A stretch of 64,000 bases of DNA from an uncultured cyanobacterium (lineage in GTDB: Bacteria > Cyanobacteriota > Cyanobacteriia > Cyanobacteriales > Microcystaceae). The notes under the pieces are model-generated. The model searched no databases. It was not told the DNA's origin and worked only from the letters and a program-made list of their open reading frames with translations. A program made the translations under genes and the position numbers. The stretch lies in assembly GCA_963807635.1 (NCBI GenBank), contig CAWEDJ010000071.1:45877-109876 (forward strand). Direction: 5' to 3'. This document shows positions 1 to 10,999 of this stretch, piece by piece; position 1 is the stretch's first letter; every line of letters begins with the position of its first letter.

Positions 1-966
1 TGAAAAAAAGCAGACTAATCCTGGATATATCTTGGTAGCATAAAAAACGAAAATAGCAGAAGAACCTACTATTAATGTATCAGATAAATCACTTTCCGCA
101 CCATTGAATTTCATGTCAATGAGTCGTGATTCACCACTCCCATTACGATCTGCTCGTTCTGAAAGATTTTGAGATGATGCTTTTTCTAAACTTCTAATGT
201 AACTTTCTACTACTTTATTAGCCGTGTCATTAGCTAAAATAGTTCCTTTTCCAAGGAGAATACCATGAGTGCAAAGTGATTGTAATATTCCCAAGTTATG
301 ACTAACAAATAATATTGTTCTTCCCTCTTTACCAACCTCTTCCATTTTTCCTAAGCACTTCTTCTGAAACTGAGCATCTCCAACGGCTAAAACTTCATCC
401 ACAATCAAAATTTCAGGTTCCAAATGGACTGCCACAGCAAATGCCAACCGCACATACATACCCGAAGAATAATGCTTCACTGGTGTATCTAAAAATTTCT
501 CTACCTCAGCAAAATCGACAATTTCATCAAATTTTCTCGTTATTTCTGCTTTGCTCATTCCTAAAATTGCACCGTTAAGATAGGTATTTTCTCTTCCTGT
601 CAACTCAGGATGAAAACCCGTACCTACTTCTAATAAACTAGCGACTCTTCCCTTAATTGAGATTCGGCCAGATGTTGGCTCAGTAATTCGACTTAAAATT
701 TTCAATAGTGTTGATTTACCTGCACCATTACGTCCGATAATACCAACGCGATCGCCTTGTTTGATTTCAAAAGAGATATCTTTCAACGCCCAGAAATCTT
801 CTTTTTGTGAGTTTTGTACCTTGAATTTTTGATTGTGTATATTTTTTAAGAAAGATATGCTTTTATTCGTTATAACATCTCTTAAAGCAGTATATCTTTC
901 TTGCTTTTGATGTTTAATAATATACCTTTTACTTAAATTTTCAACTTGAATAATGGTATCAGACAT
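1..966 (-). CDS. wzt: Polysaccharide ABC transporter ATP-binding subunit (Wzt/RfbB-like); runs off the left edge
   Basis: Manual minus-strand translation from ATG at 966 gives MSDTIIQVENLSKRY...FWALKDISFEIKQGDRVGIIGRNGAGKSTLLK (Walker A)...YSSGMYVRLAF (signature)...EILIVDEVLAVGD (Walker B). Absent from the ORF track because it is truncated. Confidence 0.93.
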   Translation of the reverse strand, partial: MSDTIIQVENLSKRYIIKHQKQERYTALRDVITNKSISFLKNIHNQKFKVQNSQKEDFWALKDISFEIKQGDRVGIIGRNGAGKSTLLKILSRITEPTSGRISIKGRVASLLEVGTGFHPELTGRENTYLNGAILGMSKAEITRKFDEIVDFAEVEKFLDTPVKHYSSGMYVRLAFAVAVHLEPEILIVDEVLAVGDAQFQKKCLGKMEEVGKEGRTILFVSHNLGILQSLCTHGILLGKGTILANDTANKVVESYIRSLEKASSQNLSERADRNGSGESRLIDMKFNGAESDLSDTLIVGSSAIFVFYATKIYPGLVCFFS

Positions 967-1052
967 AATTAATTTGTTAAAATATTATTTAGATATTAGA
1001 TTAAAATGGTTTTTAATATTAGTACTACTGAGTTACTTAGCACAATTTCAGA

Positions 1053-1994
1053 CTATATACCCAACAATTCGGCATAACACCAATTGGCATAAACTTGGAC
1101 ACCCCGCTCTAAAGATACAAAATCAGTTATTCCTAGATTTCCTAATTTTGTAACATCAGCTTGCCAATTAAGAGGCATTCCCACAGGAACGATTCCATCA
1201 AATTCAACACTTCCTTTGTAATCTAAGGATTTAAACACCATATTCGTTAGTTCTGAAACAGTGATTTCTCTTCCACTTGCAATATTATATGCCTCTCCTT
1301 GCATGGGAGCAGAAGTTGCCACTACCATTAAAGCCTTGGCAATATCAAGTGCATGAATAAAATCACGACTTTCTCGACCCGATCCCTGTAAATTAACGAT
1401 AAATTGATAAATTGCTTGTCGGCAAATATCCCAAAGCACTTGACGGCGTAAACCTGGACCATAAGCGGAAAAAATTCGTACACTTGCAGTTTGTAAGTCA
1501 TAAATCTTGCTAAATTCTAAACATAGTTGTTCGCTTTGCAATTTATGAAAGCCATAAGGAGAGATGGGGTTACAGCCTTGAGTTTCTCCAATGGGTAATG
1601 ACTCAGGATTTCCATAAACGGCTGCAGTAGAAAGAAAAATAAATCGACAACTAGGAACGTTAATTCGTAACGCATTTAAAACTTCAAACGTTAAAGCTGC
1701 GTTAGATTGGAAGTCAATATCGGGATCAATTACCGACAATCCAACAGAAGCGCGCCCTGCACAATGAATACAAACATTAGGAGAATATTCCTTTAATAAA
1801 TTATTAAAAGACGGATCTGGTAATCTGACACGATGATAGGTAGTTAAGTTGTGAAGAGGAGCATTTTCAGGAGGCGAATCACCAATACCAATTACAGACC
1901 AACCTTGCTCTGAGAAATGTCGAGCAATATAACGGCCAATAAATCCTGCTACCCCAGTAACTAAAACCGATTGTAAGTTAGTATTCATTTCCAT
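1053..1994 (-). CDS. NAD-dependent epimerase/dehydratase (extended SDR)
   Basis: GVAGFIG Rossmann motif, STAAVYG and the catalytic YGFHK (YxxxK); lies in an EPS cluster. Confidence 0.9.
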   Translation of the reverse strand: MEMNTNLQSVLVTGVAGFIGRYIARHFSEQGWSVIGIGDSPPENAPLHNLTTYHRVRLPDPSFNNLLKEYSPNVCIHCAGRASVGLSVIDPDIDFQSNAALTFEVLNALRINVPSCRFIFLSTAAVYGNPESLPIGETQGCNPISPYGFHKLQSEQLCLEFSKIYDLQTASVRIFSAYGPGLRRQVLWDICRQAIYQFIVNLQGSGRESRDFIHALDIAKALMVVATSAPMQGEAYNIASGREITVSELTNMVFKSLDYKGSVEFDGIVPVGMPLNWQADVTKLGNLGITDFVSLERGVQVYANWCYAELLGI

Positions 1995-2077
1995 TATGTT
2001 GTAAGAATAATTTTACACCAAAAAATAAATAAATTTTTGAAAATAATTTTATGTTTTTAAAACTTTAGCTTAAAAAT

Positions 2078-2620
2078 TTAGATTTCTAAAATAGCTTTTT
2101 TCCACCAACCTTTTCGAGTTTTATTAAAATTAAAAGCATCTTCTAAAATTTGCTTATTTAATTTTTCTAAGACTTCTTTTTTAGATAAAGCGTCACAAAT
2201 ATAAGCGGCTGCTTCATGGGGTTTATTCATCTCTAAAATTGGTAAACCAGATAAATAGGGCAAAGCATTTAAGCAAGGCTGTGTTGCAAAGAATGGTAGT
2301 CCATAGGAAACACATTCAACTACTTTCATTTTGACAGAAAAATCATTATCAATAGGGCAGATAAACATATCGGAAGTCTGAAACAAATTTTCAAGCTGCT
2401 CTTGAGGAATAAAACCAGGAATATGGACGTTATTTTTAATAGTCCAATCTTTTGGCATATCATTATAATTTGTACCAGTAATGACAATTTTTATTTGATT
2501 ATTTAATCTTAATAATCTGGGAGATAATTCACTAAGTAACCATTTTACGGCTAAAAAATTAAAATAATAATTAATATTGCCTGCAAAGAAAACTGTTTGT
2601 GAATTCGTATAATGCCAACC
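2078..2620. repeat. Direct repeat copy A (3' half of the glycosyltransferase gene), near-identical to 3518-4060
   Basis: Collinear, nearly base-identical sequence at an exact offset of 1440 bp. Confidence 0.95.
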
Positions 2621-3325
2621 GACAATTTTAGGTGGTATAACTTGTGAGTTAACCAATACTTTCTTATTAGATAGCAAATAGTTAGGAATATCTGCTTCGG
2701 ACATAAATATACATTTATTAGCGAATTGACAGACTTTTTTTTCAAAGTTTTTTATTCTTAAAAAACTAATCAGGATATGAAATTTAGATTCATGGTAATA
2801 ATGTGGAGCAAGGGCTTTATAAAATTCAGCTTCTTTATCAGTTGCAAGATAAACTTTTTTTTGTTTAAGATCAAGAAAATTTTTAAACCATAAAATACTA
2901 TATAATTGTTCAACAATAACAACTCCAATGGAGAGTTGATCGCAAAGATCAGTTAAATATTTAGAAACGTTTTTCACTTGATCCTGATTATTACAAAGTG
3001 TTTTGCTTGCCTGCCAAAGGCTAAAGTGCAAAAAAAAAGATCGTATTTTAAGGTTTATACGTTGTAATAATAAGGATAATTTAGTCGGAAAAATTTGCGG
3101 TTTTGTTGAAGGAGATGGTGGCGTAGCAAAGTAATATTTTACTTGCAGTTTATCTAATTGAATACTAGCTCTCAATTGATTTTTTTCTTCACAAATAATG
3201 GCAACATAAAAATTGATATTTTCTATTTTTGACAATTGAAAAATATCATTTAAAATTGCCATTGCACCACCATCATTATTATACAAAGGATAACTTGTGA
3301 AATAAAGAATATTTTGCTTTTCCAT
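2078..3325 (-). CDS. Glycosyltransferase, GT-B fold (GT4-like), paralogue 2
   Basis: N-terminal YP...GG motif; C-terminal FAGNINY...KMKVVECVSYGLP donor-binding motif; EPS context. Confidence 0.8.
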   Translation of the reverse strand: MEKQNILYFTSYPLYNNDGGAMAILNDIFQLSKIENINFYVAIICEEKNQLRASIQLDKLQVKYYFATPPSPSTKPQIFPTKLSLLLQRINLKIRSFFLHFSLWQASKTLCNNQDQVKNVSKYLTDLCDQLSIGVVIVEQLYSILWFKNFLDLKQKKVYLATDKEAEFYKALAPHYYHESKFHILISFLRIKNFEKKVCQFANKCIFMSEADIPNYLLSNKKVLVNSQVIPPKIVGWHYTNSQTVFFAGNINYYFNFLAVKWLLSELSPRLLRLNNQIKIVITGTNYNDMPKDWTIKNNVHIPGFIPQEQLENLFQTSDMFICPIDNDFSVKMKVVECVSYGLPFFATQPCLNALPYLSGLPILEMNKPHEAAAYICDALSKKEVLEKLNKQILEDAFNFNKTRKGWWKKAILEI

Positions 3326-3517
3326 ATCTTCTCTCTAGAGCTATTTTGATATTAATACCTTTTAATACGTTGATATTTATATTTCATTAGAGGAATATGA
3401 AGAATATCTTAAGTATTAGTAATTTCTTCTCTTTTGTTTGATACTCCCGTATAAATATTTTTAGGTAAGATAACCCAAGTTTGTTAGTTTGTAGATCAAT
3501 ATTTATTGATTTAATAT

Positions 3518-4060
3518 TTAAGCATCTAAAATAGATTTTTCCCACCAATCTTTTTGAGTTTTATTAAAATTAAAAGCATCCTCTAAAATTTGCTTATTTA
3601 ATTTTTCTAAGACTTCTTTTTTAGATAAAGTGTCACAAATATAAGCGGCTGCTTCATCGGGTTTATTCATCTCTAAAATTGGTAAACCAGATAAATAGGG
3701 CAAAGCATTTAAGCAAGGCTGTGTTGCAAAGAATGGTAGTCCATAGGAAACACATTCAACTAATTTCATTTTTACGGAAAAATCATTATCAATAGGACAG
3801 ATAAACATATCGGAAGTCTGAAACAAATTTTCAAGCTGTTCTTGAGGAATAAAACCAGGAATATGGACGTTATTTTCAATAGTCCAATCTTTTGGCATAT
3901 CATCATAATTTGTACCAGTAATGACAATTTTTATTTGATTATTTAATCTTAATAATCTGGGAGATAATTCACTGAGTAACCATTTTACGGCTAAAAAATT
4001 GGGATGATAATCAATATTGCCTGCAAAGAAAACTGTCTGTGAATTTGTATAATACCAGCC
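3518..4060. repeat. Direct repeat copy B, near-identical to 2078-2620
   Basis: Direct sequence comparison. Confidence 0.95.
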
Positions 4061-4738
4061 AACCAGTTTAGGTGGAAGTATTGGGGAATTAATTAATACT
4101 TTTTCATTAGCTAGTAAATAATTAGGAATATCTGCTTTGGACATAAATATACATCTATCAGCTAATTCACAGACTCTTTTTTCAAAATTTCTTAGTCTTA
4201 AAGATTTAATAAAATTAAAAAACTTGGAAAATTTAGAACTATCATATTTCGTAAGATACTTGAATAGTTCTGCTTCTTTATCAAATGCAAGATAGATTTT
4301 TTTCTGTTTAAAACCAAGAAAATTTTCAAACCATAAAATACTATATAATTGTTCAACAATAATAACCTGAATCAAATATTTCTCGCAAAAATCAGTTAAA
4401 TAGTTAGAAATACTTTTGACTTGATTATGATTGTAAAATCGTATTTCCATTTCATACCAAAAACCAAAATATGATTGTATTTTATAAAATATTTTTTTTA
4501 AGAAGTTCTTTGTTTTTTTTGTTGGTATTGTTGGCGAAAAAAAGTGATATTTTATACCGAGTTTATCCAATTTTGCACTGATTTTCGATTTACTATTTTC
4601 TTGACAGCAAATAATAACATAAAGATTAATTTCTTCTATGTGAGATATCCTAAAAATATTGTTTAAAATCTCCATGCTACCACCATCATTAAGGTCTAAT
4701 GGATAGCTTGTGAAATAAAGAATATTACGCTTTTTCAT
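3518..4738 (-). CDS. Glycosyltransferase, GT-B fold (GT4-like), paralogue 1
   Basis: Same motifs as 2078-3325; the C-terminal half is almost identical. Confidence 0.8.
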   Translation of the reverse strand: MKKRNILYFTSYPLDLNDGGSMEILNNIFRISHIEEINLYVIICCQENSKSKISAKLDKLGIKYHFFSPTIPTKKTKNFLKKIFYKIQSYFGFWYEMEIRFYNHNQVKSISNYLTDFCEKYLIQVIIVEQLYSILWFENFLGFKQKKIYLAFDKEAELFKYLTKYDSSKFSKFFNFIKSLRLRNFEKRVCELADRCIFMSKADIPNYLLANEKVLINSPILPPKLVGWYYTNSQTVFFAGNIDYHPNFLAVKWLLSELSPRLLRLNNQIKIVITGTNYDDMPKDWTIENNVHIPGFIPQEQLENLFQTSDMFICPIDNDFSVKMKLVECVSYGLPFFATQPCLNALPYLSGLPILEMNKPDEAAAYICDTLSKKEVLEKLNKQILEDAFNFNKTQKDWWEKSILDA

Positions 4739-4853
4739 GTCTATTTTATTAAAATTAATTTTCAGTTTTTTCTAAATAGAGAAACAATAAGAAAGAAAAA
4801 TTCAGATCTAAATTTTTTAGGATATAACTTCAAAATAAAGCCCAAAAATCACT

Positions 4854-4949
4854 TATAGCGATATTCATAAAAGTGAGGTATAGCCAAAGCTTGATTAACA
4901 AGGGGCTTAAGCCCCTTGCCTGTACCTCATAGGACTGCACACCGCTATA
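4854..4949. repeat. Miniature nested-palindrome element with a REP-like core
   Basis: Outer IR TATAGCG/CGCTATA, inner IR TGAGGTA/TACCTCA, and a perfect 20-bp palindrome CAAGGGGCTTAAGCCCCTTG at 4899-4918. Confidence 0.8.
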
Positions 4950-5018
4950 TCTTTTTGAAATCAAAAGATATAGTATGGTTCGTCATTTTAATGTTTTATT
5001 TGGGAAAAATTGAATAAA

Positions 5019-5847
5019 CTAAATCACATCTGCAAAGGTTCGTTCGGTTTTACGGAAATACCAAATTCCCGTAATCATAAAAAAGGCAACTATAAATAAA
5101 GATAAAAGAAAGCCAGGTAAATAGATATTATATTGTGTTCCTAAAATTGCCCATCGAAACCCATCGATTACCCCAACCATCGGATTTAAGGAGTACAGCA
5201 AACGCCACTTTTGAGGAACGATATTACTACTGAAACCGACGGGAGAAATATAGAGTCCAAACTGAACAATAAAGGGAACAATATAACGAAAATCACGATA
5301 TTTTACATTCAGTGAAGCCAACCATAAACCTGCTCCCATTGAAGCGGCAAAGGCGAATCGCGATAAAAAAGGGTAAAGTCAGAATACGCCAACTGGGAAC
5401 AAAGTTGTACCAAGCCATTAAGCCCAATAAAATCATGCCTGAGACGAGAAAATCTACGAAACTCACGACGACGGCACTGGTGGGAATAATTAATCGAGGA
5501 AAATAAATTTTAGAAATCAGGTTGGAATTGGTAATTAAACTATTACTACATTCAGTCAATGAATTAGAAAAAAATTGCCAAGGTAACATGGCTGAAAATA
5601 CCAAAATGGGGTAGGGAACGCCCTGGGAAGGTAGTTTGGCGATACTTCCAAACACCACAGTAAAAACAATCATTGTCAGAAGAGGACGAATTAATGCCCA
5701 AGCAATGCCAATGAAGGTTTGTTTATAACGGACTAAAATATCACGCCAAGCGAGAAAATAGAAAAGCTCTCGATATTTCCAAATATCTTGCCAATACTGT
5801 TTTTCAGTTCGTTCAGCTTCGATAATAATAGTCGATTTAGCAGTCAT
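5019..5847 (-). CDS. wzm: Polysaccharide ABC transporter permease (Wzm/RfbA-like); one frameshift near 5355
   Basis: RDILVRYKQT..G.AWA and SNLISKIYFPR (ORF 5293-5847) join LNVKYRDFRYIVPF...LNPMVGVIDGFR (ORF 5019-5339). Confidence 0.9.
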
Positions 5848-5906
5848 GTTAAAAGAGTCTAAATAATTTAATTCGTAAGGTTTTGGACAATTGGTTGTCT
5901 GGAATT

Positions 5907-8145
5907 TTAATCTACATTGTTGACAATAATTCCTGCTATTTGGCTTTGATTTGTTCTCAGGTTTTCTAGGGTATCCAGGATGATCGCCCGCTCGGCACGT
6001 TTTAAATCAACAACAAATGCGACTTCATCCACTTTGGGAATAATGCTTTGGGCATCGGCTAATTCGGAAATTGCGGAAGTATCTATCAAAATATAATCAT
6101 ACACTTGTCGCCATTGTTCTAGCATGAGATTCATTTTGGGAGAAACTAACCACAAAAAGGAGCTAGTGATTTCGGGGCCTGCCGTCAGGACATCGGGATA
6201 ACCTTGATGAACGGGGGGAGTTTCTGCCATTGTGAGAACCGAAGCCTTGGTTAAAACCGAACCCGATAGAGCATTGGAGTTAGGTCTTGCACCATTAGTC
6301 GAATTTTCCGGAGAAAAATCGAAATTATCCCCAGTATAGAGAGATTCCTCTCTTTCTTGGGGGGCCGTTGATTGAACTAAGCTTTGCCAAGTTAAATCGG
6401 TCGCGATCGCGGTGCTGAGACCTTGGGAGTTGGGCAGGGAAAAAACTTGATGAATTTTAGGATCTGCAAGATTAGCATCCACAATCAAGACTCGTTTTCC
6501 TAGTTCAGCTAATACCCGTCCCAAGTTACAAGTCATGGTTGTTGTGCCTTCTCCCGTTGTGGCCGCCTGCAATCGCGATAGCCTGACCAATCCGATGAGA
6601 AGTTTGCAGAGAGAGAGAGAGAGCTAAAGAACGAATCGCCTCAGTAAAAGCATTAGATTTATTTACTAGACCTGACTGGGAATTTTTGAAAACAGAAACC
6701 TGCCCTTGGGCTTTAGGAATTAATCCCAAGATAGGCAAAGGAATCATTTGTTTGAGTTCCTGAAGATTTCTAAAACGTTGCTCAATTTTGTCTAGCCAAA
6801 CAGCCATCGCTGCACCAGAGATAATCCCCGCCAACAAAGCCAATATTAGGCCGCGATTGCGATTTTTATCCACAGGCATAGAAGATAACATCGGTGGTTC
6901 AATTACCTTCCAAGATGACGTTTCCTGAGCTTCCATGATGCGGAGTTCCTGGAGTTTTTTCTTAAAGGCATCAACAGTTTGCATATTGTCGGCTTCACGA
7001 CGCTGGAGAGTTTTATAGGTCTGTTGTAATTTAAGTAGGCGATCAAGGTCTAAATTAGCCAATTTTTCCTGCTGACGCAGTTGGGGTAACTGTTTTTCCT
7101 GAGTTGACAAGCTAATCTGAAGTTGAGATAATTGACTTCCTAATGCTTGTAAAATTTCTCCATTTTCAATGTTTTTGGAGGCTATGAGAGAATTCTGTGT
7201 CCCAATCACCTGCTGACTAGACTTGCTTAATAACTGATTGAGTTCATCAATTTGTTCTTTCAATAACTTCAAGCGGGGATGGTCGGGCGTATAAAGAGCC
7301 TTTTCCGATTGGTATTGAATATTTAGAATTTGTAATTGCTTGACAATAGACTGATAGGTACTATCTTGGCTTAAAACAGCATCAGCCAATAGGGTTTTAG
7401 CATTTTGTTGGAGAGACCTGATTTGACTTTGTAAAGCTTGGTATTGTTGTTGGGTTTGATAAAGAGTTAATTCAGCCTCTGCAATCTTGACTCGAAGATT
7501 TTCTTTTTGAGAATAGGCTAAATTGATTCCCGCTTCCCCGTCGCCCAGATTGTTACGAATCCGAAAATTAGTCAATTCACGGGACGATTTTTCTAACTCC
7601 GCTTGGGCTTGGGGTAATTTTTTCTCAATAAACCGAACCGCATTGGTAACTGGCGATCGCTGGGTATCCCGTCCATACTCCAAATAGGTAGCGACTAAGG
7701 CATCTAAAACAGCCTTCGCTTGGAGAGGATTCTCATCTTCATAGGAGATAGAAAGAACCGTCGTATCTTCGGGTTGGATCAGCCGTAAATTTTTAGCCAG
7801 TAATTCCAAAGAAATTCTTCGATAGCGAGCATCCAATTTGTTGATCGCCTTACTGAGTAGAGATTGACTTCTGAGGACTTCAATCTCCGTAGGCAAATTA
7901 GCCACTTTATCCTTAGAGGAAGTCGAACCCGATTCTTCCGATTGAACAACTGGCACTGAGACCTTATTCCCCACTAAAATCAAGGATTGGGTTTGGTATA
8001 ACGGTTTACGGAGAACGAGATATCCTACTCCCCCCAGAACCACTAGGGCGGTAATACTTGCAGGTAGCCAATGTCGCCTAACCGCAGTCCACCAACTAGT
8101 ATTAGAGGAGGCGAAATCCGAAACCATCATCTTCATATTTTCCAT
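5907..8145 (-). CDS. Polysaccharide co-polymerase / Wzc (GumC)-family protein; frameshift near 6565
   Basis: TM - long coiled coil - TM, followed by a CpsD/CapB-like P-loop domain (GEGTTT, LIVDANL, YDYILIDT) split over ORFs 6526-8145 and 5907-6590. Confidence 0.85.
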
Positions 8146-8192
8146 AAAGCATCAAATGAAATTACTGATCTGCTATCTTGACCCGAAAAATT

Positions 8193-9473
8193 TTACGGAA
8201 GAGTTACAATTTGAACCTGGGCTTGGGATTGCGGGAATTCCTCACCAATATTTAAAGCCGTTGCATACTGCTGGGCAATGATATCTAGGGTACATTGGGA
8301 AATTAAATAGTTTCGTCCCGCTTCACCCATACTTTTTGCCAACTCAGGATTAAAAGAAATCTGTAAAATAAAGTCGGCTAAACCCTGACTATTTTTATTC
8401 TTAAAAGTCACTCCACACTGAGTTTTTTCGACTAATTCATTTAAGTAACATTGCTGGTCACAAATCACTGCGATCGGTCTACCCGTTGCCAACAAACTAT
8501 AAAATTTACTAGGTGCAACAATCCCCCCCATTCCCTCCTCTATACTCACCAATGTTAAGTCACAAGCAGTTAGAGAATAGGGTAAAATGTCTTTATCCTG
8601 ATAGGGTAAAAATAAACAATTATCCAACCCATAGGTTTGAACAAAATTTCCTGAAGACCGATATTTTGGCCCACCACCAATAAAAACAAATTGAACAGGA
8701 TATCCCTGCAACAAACGCGCGGCATTGAGAATCGTCTGAATATCATGACAGCGACCCATATTGCCAGAATAAAGAATCGTAAATTTTTCAGTTAGATGAT
8801 ATTTTTGGGCAAACCAATTATCTTTCTTAGCAATGGGGACTATCCAGTTTGGATCAGACCAATTTGATATCACAGAAATCTTATGACCGAGCTTAGGCTG
8901 TTTTTTTAAGATTTGCTGTTTCATAGAAGTGCTTAGAACAATAACTTTTTTAGCCTTTTGCCAGGTCAGCTCATTCAAACGATTCCACAGTTTAATGATC
9001 CAGTTTTCTGAAGATAAAACCCCTAACTTTTCTGCAACGTCGGGATATAAATCATAAATCAAACAAACATAATTAGAACCTTTCGCAAGATGAAGCAAAT
9101 ATCCAATAAAAGGTAAAAATGGTGGTGCTGTTGTCAAGAGTAGAATATCGTCTTTTTTAAGATTTCTAAGAAGATGAAGAATTGCACGAACTGTAAATAG
9201 AAATCCATGAAAAGCTTTTCCTCGAATGTTATGAATAGATACCTGAGTTGCTCTAGTACGACGAATAACAACATTATTATGGATTTCTAGGGGTAAGGCA
9301 CTGACATCGTTAAAAGCGTAGGCAGGAAGTCCCGTAAAAACCTTAATTGGAGTGCCGTTATCTCCCAAATGGGAAACTAATTCATTAATTAGCTGTCCAG
9401 TGGGAGCGAAATCAGGCGGAAAAAATTGATTAACAACAAATAATTTTTTACCCTTGCGGAGGAGTTTTTTCAT
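8193..9473 (-). CDS. Glycosyltransferase family 4 (WbuB/WcaI-like)
   Basis: NQFFPPDFAPTGQL, YDLYPD, YSGNMGRCHD and PSKFYSLLATGRP motifs. Confidence 0.9.
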   Translation of the reverse strand: MKKLLRKGKKLFVVNQFFPPDFAPTGQLINELVSHLGDNGTPIKVFTGLPAYAFNDVSALPLEIHNNVVIRRTRATQVSIHNIRGKAFHGFLFTVRAILHLLRNLKKDDILLLTTAPPFLPFIGYLLHLAKGSNYVCLIYDLYPDVAEKLGVLSSENWIIKLWNRLNELTWQKAKKVIVLSTSMKQQILKKQPKLGHKISVISNWSDPNWIVPIAKKDNWFAQKYHLTEKFTILYSGNMGRCHDIQTILNAARLLQGYPVQFVFIGGGPKYRSSGNFVQTYGLDNCLFLPYQDKDILPYSLTACDLTLVSIEEGMGGIVAPSKFYSLLATGRPIAVICDQQCYLNELVEKTQCGVTFKNKNSQGLADFILQISFNPELAKSMGEAGRNYLISQCTLDIIAQQYATALNIGEEFPQSQAQVQIVTLP

Positions 9474-10717
9474 ATTATTTAACTCTCATCAATCCAAATA
9501 TTGATCAAAATATTGATGTATCAAGCTTTTTTTCCATCCACCCACTCGCCATTAGGATCAAAAACTTAAGATAGGCACTTTATTGTTTACTTAAAGTAGA
9601 TTAACAACAGAATCTACTATGTTTCATAAAATAAATAATTTTGACAATAAATCTCCTCTCTCTGAGAATCTTGGAGTGCACTCAATCGGTGTCTTCTCTT
9701 AGGATTCTTGGCAAGCAAAAGCTAGCCACACAGGTGGTTTGATTTTTCTAAAAATAAATAGAAACCCAACTCAGATTTAGGAGAAATATTAGTTGGAGCG
9801 ATTTATTTTAAATAAGTCGGTATCAAAAAAATAGATCGTCAAAAATAAGAAATAAGATATGCTCTATTTACTTTTTGACCTTAAAAACCTTGCAAAAACC
9901 TGTCAGCAAAAGAAACATTGCTAAACGATGGGAATTAGTTTAAATAAGAATCTACAACTCTACTGATATCGATCAGTACTAGCAGAACTCTTGATATTCA
10001 AGGGGAGATGAACAAAATAAGGCTTCATCCCATAGGTCAAGTTTGGTAAAACTGATGATTTTAAAAAAGTAGGAAAAAGAATTTTCTTAAAAAAATGACA
10101 GAACAAAGAATCAATTCAATTGCTTTCACCAATGAGCTGGAGAATAGTTAAAACGATAGAATGCTTTCCCAATAAATCAGGTAGATCAATAAGCTGAAGT
10201 CTTTTTACCGATCGCCTAAGCGAATAATTTTTTGTTGATTATGACTTCATACAAGAGTTATCGCCTAAAGAGTAGCTTCTTTCATCAAGTATAAAAAAAG
10301 AGCAACGAAAAGGCTGAACCCTAGTTGAAATCTATCTTCGACAAAAGAGAAGATCATTCTAAAGACAAAACTATTCTGAGAAGGTCAATGGAGGGAATAT
10401 TCTTTTATTGACTGAGATAATGAAATTTTATGATTGATTTTCATAGAGGTATAAAAAAATGGATGTTAAAAAGGATTGGTTTTAAAAGGTGAAAAAAAGG
10501 TTTTAATAAAAAGCAACAGTAAATTCATTAGTCTGTTTTTTCTGTGCTTCCTGAATGATATACGCAAAATCACGGAGGTGCAAGTTTTTTTTGTATTTTC
10601 TTTGCGTGGACTGTTTGGCTTCGGGCTTAAAGCCTTGCTAGCAAAGACTTTTTGTGCTTCTTGTCTTAGGAATTTTGACAGAAGGTTTGCGTAAGTTCAC
10701 TCTTCAGCGATGAATTA

Positions 10718-10783
10718 AGTATATCTTGGACTAAATCCACATACTGTGATCCAGATCTTTATTTTTGTGTGATCTGAATCACA
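10718..10783 (-). promoter_or_regulatory. Tandem CRP (SyCRP1)-type sites with a candidate -10 box
   Basis: TGTGAtctgaaTCACA at 10768-10783 has perfect half-sites; TGTGAtccagaTCttt at 10745-10760 is weaker; minus-strand TATACT at 10723-10718. Confidence 0.6.
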
Positions 10784-10821
10784 GCACGAATTCTTTCCAG
10801 TTTTAAAAGTCTGATGGTCAG

Positions 10822-10923
10822 TAAGCTATTAATTGTCTAAAACGCATACAGACAAAGGGATTAAGCCTCTTGTTAGAAGATTTTCAGCAGAATCATGATG
10901 CAATCTAAATTCGTGACAGCTTA
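10822..10923. mobile_element. 102-bp MITE-like element, copy 1 (degenerate REP core)
   Basis: Ends TAAGCT...AGCTTA; collinear with 37708-37809 and the same length. Confidence 0.8.
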
Positions 10924-10999
10924 TTTAGACAAAATCAAGGGTAAATGTCCATTCAAGTTGTTTTTTAAGCCTGAACGGGCATTCTTCCTAAATCCCTGA

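Noticed and set aside
315..578. Plus-strand ORFs opposite real genes (e.g. 315-578, 16441-16755, 18772-19266, 32942-33400, 60721-61362, 62630-62869)
   Set aside because: They are antisense shadows of well-supported CDSs and show no motifs of their own.
10476..10694. 72-aa plus-strand ORF in the long intergenic region
   Set aside because: TTG start, low-complexity F/L/K composition typical of AT-rich noncoding DNA, and no recognisable motif.
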